Source: Paragordius varius (lineage: Eukaryota; Animalia; Nematomorpha). From it: a stretch of DNA of 64,000 bases. The first letter of the stretch is position 1. Each line of letters starts with the position of its first letter. Under the pieces are notes generated by a model. The model was not told the DNA's origin and ran no database searches. It was given only the letters and a program-made list of their open reading frames with translations. Below are positions 53,976-64,000 of this stretch, piece by piece. The stretch lies in NCBI GenBank assembly GCA_964247055.1, contig OZ176060.1, forward strand, positions 1,550,001 to 1,614,000, read 5' to 3'. The position numbers were made by a program, and so were the translations under genes.

Positions 53976-54197
53976 TGTTGTTATAATGGTAACTTACATT
54001 TATTACCACCAAGTGTAAGAGGTTAATAGCTCTATTGCATGAACGTTTTATGTCGTATATTAGTGAATAACCTCGCAACCAACGTTTTTAGTATTATCAT
54101 ATTATGAATATTGTTTAGTTGCAGGAATTTTACCTTTATGAATTTGAAATTTATAGATGATTAAGCTACGCATATATATATACCAGCTAATCTTTTG

Positions 54198-54250
<53 letters not shown>

Positions 54251-54311
54251 ATATTTCCATTGAATTTTTGATAACAATAAATATCTCCTTTACGTGTGGC
54301 GCCATTTTACA
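53976..54311 (+). repeat. 3' LTR (TG...CA), containing (TA)n
   Basis: Starts TGTTGTTATAA directly after the PPT and ends CCATTTTACA. It is visibly diverged from the 5' LTR. Confidence 0.85.
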
Positions 54312-54611
54312 GTAATATTTATTTTGAAATAGCCTGTGCTAGTCACCCCTATCGGTAATTTGAGATATATATTTACATCATTTGTGTTGAGATAATAAAT
54401 GCGTAAAATTTTCTGCCAAAAAAGTAGTCCCTGGGAAAAAAGGTTGGCTACCCTTGAATTTCTAATACTAATGGTTAAATAAAAAAGCATTTAAACTAAA
54501 TCATTTAAGCTATTTTCTATCAAAATATAGATTATATTAATTGTTTGCATTATATTATATATAAAGTAGGTGATGTTTAAGTAGAACTGAATATGTAATG
54601 TTAAAACTAAC

Positions 54612-54780
54612 TTCGAAAATTAGTTGTATAGTGGTTATAGCGCACTCTAAGCTAGTTTTGGCAGATGTGATTTGGAAAAGACTAGTGCGAATATCATAAA
54701 AATGTGCCAACATGATGGTATAATTATTGCCAGAACATACAATCGTAACTATGGGAGGTTTATAAGCTTCACGTTTACAT
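54612..54780 (-). CDS. Membrane-protein gene exon: first half of repeat 2
   Basis: Acceptor TTTTTTAG (phase 2) and donor GTTAGT (phase 0). Reads CKREAYKPPIVTIVCSGNNYTIMLAHFYD...QLIFE. Not in the ORF track. Confidence 0.82.
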
Positions 54781-54946
54781 CTAAAAAATAATTTAGTGAC
54801 TAATCATTTATTATAAGCAATCTTATAAAAATAGTTGAATGCAATTTTTTGGGTTTAAAGCACTTTTTGCGATTCGAATCACCATTCAAATCGAACCTAT
54901 TATCTAATATAAAGAAAGCGAAATTTCATAGCAAACAAAACGGAAC

Positions 54947-55119
54947 CTGCAAGGTTGATATTCACTATATTTGATACATTGAATAAGTAATGGATCTTCA
55001 CAAACTTCCCGTCCAATAGGAATGTATAATATGCCTGAATTGTCCATATTTCTTATAACAGGGTAAGGGGTTAAAGTGTTACAGTCGACTAATAAATTTC
55101 CGGAAATAGCGAAGATATT
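54947..55119 (-). CDS. Membrane-protein gene exon: second half of repeat 1
   Basis: Acceptor AATTATAG (phase 0) and donor GTTCCG (phase 2, weak). Reads NIFAISGNLLVDC...LYIPIGREVCEDPLLIQCIKYSEYQPC. Confidence 0.8.
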
Positions 55120-55188
55120 CTATAATTAATGTCTCATTTATATCGATAATATTAGAATAGGTAAATATATTAAGTTTAAATCCCATAC

Positions 55189-55354
55189 TTTTATAATTAT
55201 GGAAATTGACCAAATTCCGTTAATATTGTGAAAGATTACAACTTGATTCATTTTTTCAATGATCATGTTGATTGTTAAAAGGAATATGCGAATATCATCG
55301 ATCCCACAAACTAATTGTATCTGATTCTCTAATAATAACTTATGTTTGTCGCAC
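55189..55354 (-). CDS. Membrane-protein gene exon: first half of repeat 1
   Basis: Acceptor TTTTTTAG (phase 2) and donor GTATGG (phase 0), followed by a 69-nt intron. Reads CDKHKLLLENQIQLVCGIDD...WSISIIIK. Confidence 0.8.
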
Positions 55355-56559
55355 CTAAAAAATGTTAGACATAGAATCTTGTTGTAAATTAATTAATATA
55401 ATATGGTAGTCGGCCTTGTCACCCATCTTTGTGATTAAACTTCGATTTATATTGGGATATCTAGGGAATCCGGACTATATTAAAGTTGATATATTTAAAT
55501 ACTATTGAAAAAAAACAATTCCAATTTAAATTTATGTGTCTATCCTAATAAAAAATATATAAATATGCCAAAATATCTAAATAAAATTAAAAAAAAAATT
55601 CCAACTACTGCGGCGCCATTTTTATTTTACAAAATTTTGCAAAATATCGTGTTTATTATATTGTAACGCTAAAATTAAAACTTTTTATTAAAATCGCATG
55701 TTAATATAAACAGACAAAGTTCCTTATTTTGCATTTATATTTACCTAATGCACATATGTCATGTTGAAATTTTCATCTTTGGGTTTTTCCATAAAAGTAT
55801 TATCTAATTGTTTATTAATCTTTTTATATATTTCGGTGCATTATTTTTTTAATTTTTAATTTAAAACAGGCCCGGGGTATCGACCCCAATTCGAATCGAA
55901 GGGCTATGAATCTGTTGTCATAAAGGGTTAAGTAGGAACGATACTAATAATTTGTAATAAACAGTTATTTTCTCATATTTTTCTAATTGATTTGATTTGA
56001 AATGGAATTCTAATAATTATCGTTTGCTGACGTTTGCATCGAATTATAAACTTAATAATATACTATTATTGTTGAAAAATAATTTATTTTCATGTGTTAT
56101 TTTTGCTATGGGACAATATCGAAAAAATTTCGGAATGTTTTGAATTTTAATAGCAGGAAAAACAATACAAAACAATCAAATCGATAGTTAGGATAAAACT
56201 TGTTATTTAAGCTAAACCTATATACTATATAAGGGGAACCAAAAGGTAAGAAACAAAACTAGCCCGACCAAACTCAATTTTTAGCAGTACCCGAATATTT
56301 CTCATGAAAATAATTATTAACCTTAGCAAGAAATTGCACCCATAAAGATATGTCAACAAGTAAAAACTCATTCATAAAAACAAAAGAGCCATGACTTTGA
56401 GACGTTTAAGCTCCAATTTTCAAATTTATTATTGAATCAAAATTGCAATGTATAGTATAAGAGTCCTAGTATGATTATAAACATTAGTTACGATTTTTAT
56501 TTTAATAAGATTAAAAAATATTTTATCCAAAATAAAAAATGTTAAACGACGTGTTCGAT

Positions 56560-56900
56560 TTCATACCGATAAATATAGCATCCAGACTAGGATTAACACC
56601 GTAGATAAGTGGGAAAAAGCAATAGAAGTTATTTATTACATATAACAAACTGCGTCAGATTAACACTTAACATAGCTTTGTTCCAGTCGGGGCTTTACCG
56701 AGGAATATCTGCCTTTACTGATCGCATTAATAGATTTGAAACAAGGACAACCATGGGAAGTGATGTATACAGACTACATCGTCCTTAGAGCAACATTAAC
56801 AGAATGTAATAAATAAAAATTCAAGACATAGAAATCACGACTGGAAAGAATGGAATGAATATAAATCTGGAAAGACAAAAGTCGAGTGTGAAATATTTAT
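56560..56900 (+). mobile_element. Short RTE-like RT fragment
   Basis: LLIALIDLKQGQPWEVMYTDYIVL resembles the RTE PW.MLFADDIVL motif. Confidence 0.6.
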
Positions 56901-57647
56901 AAACACTTAATTTTCCATGGGTTTATGTTATTTGAATTGAATTAATTATAGACTAAAATAATTAATGCGTCCCGCAAAGTTTGTATTGTTCTAAAATATA
57001 TAAAGCGGCAATTTCGATTTTTTCCTAATTATTTTTCTCAAAAATCCATATTTACTTATAAAATTAAATAATGATGTAAATTTTGGTTAAAACTCCTTTA
57101 ACTTCAATACCTTTTGGGGTTTTGTATCCCAGAGCGATTTGAAATATGAATACATTTAAAGCTATTTAATGTATTAAGCCAAATTAAAAATATGCTTTCT
57201 TTTGCCTCTTAGGCGCATTATTTTTTTATAAAATTTAAACTCATTTCAAACTTTTTTGCCGCCATTTTATTTACCATTATTTTTTTAAATCGCTAATGCA
57301 ACAGGCAAATATATGTATATTATGATTAATGTAAAAAATATCTTTAAAAAACTTTCAGATTACATTTCACCAGCAAATACCTGATATATTTAGATTTATA
57401 TAAACTGATCGTTTCAATCGTGTTTTGGAGCTGTCCCGATTTTAGACTCTACAAGTCAAAAACCGTAAAAAATATAAGCTATTTTATCTAAAACATGAGA
57501 AAAATGTTTGATAATTAAATTTGAAAAGAATTTTTATGACTTCAGTTACTTTACAAAATTGAGCTATGCGATATAAAAATATTCCAACAACTCAGGACAA
57601 AAACTAATTTTATTCAACAACTAATATAGCAATTTAGCAACACTTAC

Positions 57648-57702
57648 GTGCAATTCTGTGATATTTTTTCTTCTTCACAGATGTTTGAAACTGTTATGTT
57701 CT
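57648..57702 (-). CDS. Membrane-protein gene, 55-nt exon: start of repeat 1
   Basis: Acceptor TTATTTAG (phase 1) and perfect donor GTAAGT (phase 2). E-NITVSNICEEEKISQNC-T supplies the C-x8-C before xCD of the next exon. Confidence 0.82.
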
Positions 57703-57727
57703 CTAAATAAAATATAGTATTGCATTA

Positions 57728-60311
57728 CACTGGACAGCAAATTTTTCTGACACTCGAGTTTTTTGCATTTTCGATTAATATAACAGTAAATCTGAAAAAA
57801 AATTATAACTCGATGAAAGAATTTCGTTTAATTTGATTTTTTTGATTATGCGCCCTCTTTATCAAAATTTTACTAAAAAATGTTTTTCTTTAAAAATATA
57901 CAAGTAATGCCCATTTGTAATATATCATTCGAAAGAGTAATAAAAACTCTATAATATGCATACTAATATGTATTACATCGACAGTTAATATTGGACACAA
58001 AGAGCGACAAACGCGCGAAGCGAGAACATTTTTTTAAATATTATATTTCTAAAACTAAGGGATGTAAATTAATGTGACCAGATAGGCTGTGTTTCGCAAT
58101 ACAGTACTGGGTTTTCAGAAAAAAACTGCGCATGTACTGCACCCACTTTTGTACTGCTTTTTGAAATTAAAAAAAATAGTTATTTATAAATACATATCAA
58201 TTACCCTTTGTTTATTCAAAAAAATAATGTTAGAACTTAATATAGTACCCTCTGTAATAACCCCATAATTTGTAAAGAAATGGTTCGTTTTGCGGTAAAA
58301 TACTATTGACCTTTTTTTAATTGGTTAATATTTTATTTTCTGCTCGAATCATACATAAAACTTAAGATTGCAGCCTTTCGCGCAGTGCGAAACTATAAAT
58401 CTCGGACTCAATATTCAGGGACTTCTGAAAAAATAGGTTCCTTAACATTTAAAATTAACAAAATCTAAAATATTTTAATAAATGTTTGATCAAATTTAGA
58501 AAGTTCATTTTTTGTTATAAGTATCAAACGGAAAATATAAAAATTCGTTATTCCCATAACATATTATATAAAATTTATTATATATGGCATATGTTTTGAA
58601 ATAACATTTTTTCGTATTAAAAAATTTAGTTTTTACGTTTTCTATATTCATTAGGTGGGAGGTATGATTTTACTTAGTTTTTTTCCTCCACTTTAATTTT
58701 TATTAGTTTTCTTATTTTTTTGCATAAACAAATTTGAGATATTTTATTGAAGCGTACTTCTAACGATTTTGAAGCATGATGGAAACAGTATAACACTTTA
58801 AGATATAATAAATCCCTTTTTCCAAATAATTCGATGATGCTGAACATTACTATAGGTTCATATTTTTAATTTAAAGGTTTTGCTTGCAAATTTTGGTAAA
58901 TTTTTTAATAAAATACAATTTTTATTATAAATTTGAAAACGAACGAATATTCTAACAAAATTTTGATTGAGAATCAGCATTATCGAATTATATATATAAA
59001 ATGTTATAACATCTCAACCGTTTATATCGTTTCCATCGTCTTAAAAATAATATGAAGTACGCTTGAACAAAATTTGCTTAAAATTAAATTTTTGAAAGTG
59101 TGCATTTTTTAAAAAAATATTTAGTTGATATCAAAGTTTAGTATATATTTAAAATTATTGCACAATAATGGAATTTTTGCTTTTAAGCAAACATCTAAAA
59201 TTTTAAATTTTAAAAATATATTTTGCTTTTTATATGTAGTTTATGTTATATTTTAGTGATATTTTTGAAATAAAACATTTAGCTTTCACCAAAAAATATA
59301 TTTGAAAAAATTTCGCACATTTTGCAATTTTAAACGGAGCACCTACCACAAAGTGTAAATAACTTTCTTTAATAACTCGTAAAGGTTAAATTCAAAACCA
59401 TGATAATCCTGATATTTTCCTATTAGAATATATATATTTCATCAGGATATTTTTTCGTAACTGTGTAATATACCACATCGATGGTATAAAAACAAGCAAA
59501 GTATGTTTTAATTTTGTACTGCGTCCATATTCAAAATATCTGGTCACATTAATGTAAATAGCTCAAACTTTGTTTAGATGGTGATGAATGTCCAAAAAAG
59601 ATAACATAAGAAAGTTTTTTTGATTAAAACATTTTTTTATTGCTTTTATGTCACTCAAAACAGCCATTTTTAAGTTTTTTGTTTTTTAAAAATTACCATC
59701 TCATCTATATCAATTTATTTTCTTGACGAGGCTGATAATTTCGAAATTTTAAAGATTAAAACAAAGTTTAAGGTATTTTTGATCTTTTATAGCCATTATG
59801 TAATAAATTTACAGTTATAACTATGCATTTTAGTATCCACTAGGTAAATTATTTATGATAATAATAATTTTTATTAAAAAAGGAAACCAAAAGCTTTTTC
59901 AAACATTTTTTTAAATTAAATACTACTTAATAATTATATTAAAATAATTTATATGATTTTCAAATTAGTTTGTCAGTGAAAATTCTTGACTTATTTAAGG
60001 ATTGAAAATTACCATTTAAATCCAAATAACTTTTACATCCGATTGATTTAAATGACTTACTACCATTTAAAAGATGCAGTATTTTGCGCTCTTTCGAATG
60101 ATATAAAATAAATGGCTTCATATCTAAAACTTTTAATTTTCGAAATTTCGAGTTTAATGTTAAATCGGGGCCAAAAATTATCGATAAACTCTAATATAAA
60201 AAAATTCTTGAATGCTAGACCAATTCTCTTTTCAGATATACTAATTCTGTACTTTAATGAAATATTGAATTTAGAATGGCAGTTAAAAAAATTAAAATTT
60301 GATGTCTAGTG
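57728..60311 (+). mobile_element. Second copy of the CAC-terminated (Chapaev3-like) element, split by a nested insertion
   Basis: CACTGGACAGCAAATTTT...AAAATTTGATGTCTAGTG with TSD TTA (57725-27, 60312-14). It is colinear with 38187-39300 once 58070-59551 is removed. Confidence 0.9.
58070..59551. mobile_element. Non-autonomous hAT-like element, 1482 bp, with an 8-bp TSD
   Basis: TIRs TAATGTGACCAGATA / TATCTGGTCACATTA. ATGTAAAT occurs at 58062-69 and 59552-59, and the insertion is absent from the 38187 copy. Confidence 0.85.
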
Positions 60312-60331
60312 TTATATAAAGTAGAGAAAAC

Positions 60332-60418
60332 CTTTGCACTTGCATAAATAGCAGTTTGATCTGGTATCAAAAATGTAACCAAGTTGACATAGGTTTTTAC
60401 ATGGCATTGTGCACATAT
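60332..60418 (-). CDS. Membrane-protein gene exon: antistasin-like domain 2
   Basis: Phase 1-1 exon (acceptor CCCTAG, donor GTTTTC). MCTMPCKNLCQLGYIFDTRSNCYLCKCK fits C-x3-C-x3-C-x2-G-Y-x2-D-x4-C-x2-C-x-C. Confidence 0.83.
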
Positions 60419-62166
60419 CTAGGGATTAATTAAAATCATTACAATTAAACCTCTTTTGTGCGACTGCTTTGGGCAGTCTTTACCTCTGTGTGAATACTAA
60501 TTAACATACCGTCTAAACCTTTTTCCGCTTATACATTGTTTTAAACATATAAATTTTTTTATTCATATATTATTTTAGATATTTAAAACAACATTGGTAT
60601 AAAAAAACTTTTTTATATAGTTTGCTAGCGTGTCTAGAGCCGTCATATTTGATTTCATTAACTTTGTAAGATTTTTTGTTTTATTGATCATGGTAATTGT
60701 AAATATCTTATTGAGTCAAAATACCATTTTATTTTTTGTGAGGTATGTTTTTAACTAAAGAAGTTTGGTTAAATCTAAATTTAAATACCACTAATTTCTC
60801 TAAATAACCTAAAAAATATTTAGAATCCATTTATAAATTTTTGTTCAACTTACATTGTAACACAAAACTAAGAATCGTCTTGTGTTTGAAGTTTTTATTT
60901 TTATAATCCGATTTGCGATTTTGTTAAATATTATTTTGTAAGAAGTTTAAGGTTTAATAATTTTTAAATCTATTAATAAACACAACCTTTATCATGTTTT
61001 TCGATCCACCATTAATCTTTAAGAAAGGCGTTTAAATCATATCTGAATTAAACAAACATCAATACGCTGTTTTAATTTATTTTAATCAAATAGTTATATA
61101 AAAATTCACAATAAGATAAAGAAACAGCATATTTTAAAGATTTAAGCTATGGTAAAATAACAAAAGTGTGTTTTAAGTAGAATGATTAATCAACTTATAT
61201 ATTCTAGGTACCTGGCTCAATAATTAAAAACTAGAATATTATATTTTTAACTTAACTGGCATTTAGTTTAAAAAACTTCAATACATGCATAGTGTATTGG
61301 TTTTTATCTTTTTGGTGCCTTATTTCATAATTTTTGTTGAAAATGATAAATCAGTAGGATTCGAATTGGTGGGCAAAAAATTTTACATTCATAAGGAAAA
61401 GACTTGACTTAAGTGTTTTTTTCCAATCTTCTAGTGTAATTGCCACGCACTTGCAACACGAGTGTGACTTTTTTATCACCACACCCTTGATAAATAACAC
61501 CTTAATGAATATCACTTTAATGAATATTATTAAAACATATTTTAGGCCACATAAAATTACACTCTGTGGAAAGAATGGGTTTAAAAGCCAAAATGACACC
61601 AATATTCAATTACAGTTTTTGGATATAAAAATGCGTTGAATGGTATAAAAAAGTATTTATAATATGTATTGGTGGTAAAGGAAAAATTATATGCCATTTC
61701 CCCTTTGTAAATTAATATTTTCTTTTTTTATATGAGGATTAATCATTTTTTAACACGATATATTTGGGTACACTTTATACATATATATATGGTAAATATA
61801 TGATATTAAAATAAATAACTATTAAATTTAATTAAAAGTTTGGAGAGGTTTAAATTTGAGGCCATCTGAAAAAAATGAAAGTGCAATAAATAATTTTTTG
61901 TTTCTGACTAAGAATAAGTTATTTTTTAGTATTTTAAAGAAATGATGTATTATTTTACAATTATTTGTGGGTATAGTTTTAGATAAGAAATGATTTTTTA
62001 GCATGTAAAAATTGGTATAAATTACATTTAAATAGTCAATAATTTTAAATAATTATAAATACCCAATCTCTTTACGAGTTCAATTTAATATAATAAATAT
62101 ATTGCATCATCATAAAATAGTGATTAACAAAAATAAGCAAAATAAAAAATTTTAAGAATGATATAC

Positions 62167-62256
62167 TTGGTGGTAAACATTCACAAGTTTGGCATTGAAA
62201 ATGGTCCATTTTGAAGCCATAGAGACAGGTGTTGACGCAAACAGGAGGTATGCATG
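62167..62256 (-). CDS. Membrane-protein gene exon: antistasin-like domain 1
   Basis: Phase 1-1 exon (acceptor TGTTTAG, donor GTATAT). Reads CIPPVCVNTCLYGFKMDHFQCQTCECLPP. Confidence 0.85.
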
Positions 62257-62371
62257 CTAAACAATAAAAATAAAGATTATTTGTATGTGAGAATTGCTAA
62301 AAGATTAGTGTTATTGAAAAAATTCAATTTTATGAAATATTTTAACGTAAATGAATGGTTGATAAAAATAC

Positions 62372-63436
62372 TTTTGGTAATAGATGTAGTTGAAAGCATT
62401 TTTAAGATATTTTCGCTACTTTTTATATTATCGGTTGGTATAAAACCAGTCATATTTATATGCTCGTTTATGGTAGATGTTAATAAGTTTGTTGTTGTTT
62501 CAAATTTAGTTGTTGTATGGGTTAAGTTATTATAGGGAGTAGTAATATTTAGGGTTTCATTATTTAAAGGGGTTGATTTAATTGTTGTTGTGATATTTGA
62601 AGATTTTGCTATAGATGTAGTAAATATATTTTGCCTAGAACTATGGGTATTAGAGGTGTTGTAATCTGAGTGTCCAGTTAATGTTATGTTTTCCTCAATG
62701 GTCGTTAAAAGTGTTGTAGGAGAAGAGGTTGATGATACAGACCGCTCACTTGATACTGTAGGAGAAGTTACATTATTCATCGTATTTGCGGAAACAGTAG
62801 TTATTAAAAGAGTTGTATTTAAAATTCGAGTGGTTAAACTAGATGCATTGAAAGGCGTGGTTGTATAAGTTGCATTTTTACTAATTCCCTCGCTAATTGT
62901 GATAGAGGGATTTGAGTTTAATGTAGTGGTTATGGTGTGCGGTGTTAATGGAGTCGTTGTAATAGTAACTTCTGGTTTAAAAGGACTAGAGTGATTTAGT
63001 GTCACTTTCGGAATCGTTAAATTTATTCCAGGTGTTGTAGTGTTTTCAATTATTTTAAAAAATCCAGTAATGCTGGAATTTTCGTTGATTGTTGTTGTAG
63101 GGACAGACAATGTACTGCCCTGACTTACATTAAACCTATTTTTACCGGTGGGTGTGGGATTATATGAACTAATATTAGTGACAAAATAGCCTGTAACGTT
63201 AACTTGTTCGCTTATGGTAGAGTGTGTTTGCCCATTCGTCGTATTTTGTTCTTTAGGTGTTCGTAGAGTTGACTTTTCCCCATTATTAGTTTCGTTGTTA
63301 AACTGTAGAGGGGTGATTGAACTTGTTTTAAAAGTTGATATAGTACTATGATTGTTTGGAGGAACTGTGGTGACTTTTAAGGGTGTAAGTCCTGAAGGGG
63401 TGTTTAGCTCTACGATAAGAGAAATGCTGGTAGATT
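62372..63436 (-). CDS. Membrane-protein gene exon: Thr/Ser-rich mucin-like region, 355 codons
   Basis: The frame is open from acceptor AACTAG (63438-37) to donor GTATTT (62371), phase 1-1, extending ORF 62277-63110 upstream. I count about 21 N-x-S/T sequons by eye. Confidence 0.85.
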
Positions 63437-64000
63437 CTAGTTTTTATATTGTAGAATATTTTAAATCGATAACATTTTAAAAATTATAGAAACACCTCTT
63501 AACTTTAAAAGGTGCAATATTAAATAAAATATTGTTTTAAAATAATACAGTTAAAATTGAAATCATACGGACAAAATGCAAATATATAAAGCAAAAATTT
63601 TTTAACAAAAGACAACCATACTTTTTTAAACCTTAATTTATCCTATAAAAAACATTTATTTATAATGGTAAAATACATAATTGAGTATGTTACCAATTTA
63701 CATTACTATATTATACTATGCATTTTAAAACAACGAGATATATTTAAAAAATTAAATTAAGATTCAAAAGAACGCCGCATTTTTTCAAGCAAAAGCACAG
63801 TTTTGTATAAAGTAGAAATTTTTTTAATATAAATAATTTAATATTAAGGATTCATTTAATTTTAAATTGATGATTATTTAATTTTAGCGTTGAATTATGA
63901 TTTTTAATGTTTTATTATCAATATTTGGTGGTAAAAAGATTATGTTCAAACATTTTGCCCATAACTTAATTCTATTATTTATTTTATTAATTCTATTTTT

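Larger units (their letters stand above)
50340..54311 (+). mobile_element. Ty3/Gypsy LTR retrotransposon relic with both LTRs
   Basis: Gag knuckle CKKCSILNQFARMC, RT YKRMPFGLATAPIIFQRLMEQML...VYLDNILVTG, RNase H PIAYASQT, and integrase LHSGHNNVETMKAMAR / YHPKSNGMLERLV, in RT-RH-IN order. PPT AAGAAGGGGGTAG at 53963-75. Many stops and frameshifts. Confidence 0.93.
49152..54456 (-). mobile_element. hAT derivative (same family as 47203-48482) carrying an inserted Gypsy element
   Basis: TATGGGTGGCCAAACGGTCGACCGCGGTCGAC at 49152 and TTGGCTACCCTTG ending at 54456, with transposase remnants shared with the neighbouring copy. No clear TSD. Confidence 0.75.

Noticed and set aside
61351-61639. ORFs 61351-61602 and 61451-61639 as proteins, or in-frame TAA as a sign of a variant genetic code
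   Set aside because: The ORF frame does not fit the phase of neighbouring exons. All 14 confident exons read without internal stops in the standard code, so the TAAs are better explained by decay.
62254-62868. Val-rich plus-strand ORFs 62254-62535 and 62686-62868, and similarly 43267-43506
   Set aside because: They are antisense shadows of real minus-strand exons.

Overview
Very AT-rich, intron-containing eukaryotic (animal-type) genomic DNA, dominated by decayed and nested transposable elements. I found no rRNA, tRNA or CRISPR array. Two convergent genes can be rebuilt by hand from splice sites and exon phases. (1) The 3' part of a cytochrome P450 (CYP3-clan-like, + strand; exons 16535-16851, 31494-31755, 31781-32024), with a 14,642-nt TE-filled intron and an apparent 25-nt GT-AG micro-intron. 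(2) A large type I membrane protein gene (- strand, at least 11 exons, 63436 to 42951, about 1180 aa, 5' end not found). It has an N-glycosylated Thr-rich mucin region, two antistasin-like domains, five tandem ~115-aa repeats with a shared six-Cys pattern that I cannot assign to a named domain, a furin-like site, one TM helix and a ~100-aa tail. Most of its exons are missing from the ORF track. One of its introns collapses to 42 nt when a TSD-bounded transposon is removed, which suggests very small ancestral introns inflated by TEs. The rest is hAT elements and MITEs, CAC-terminated TWA-TSD (Chapaev3-like) elements, RTE and CR1-like LINE remnants, a two-LTR Gypsy relic and a minisatellite. All assignments come from reading motifs by eye; no searches were run.
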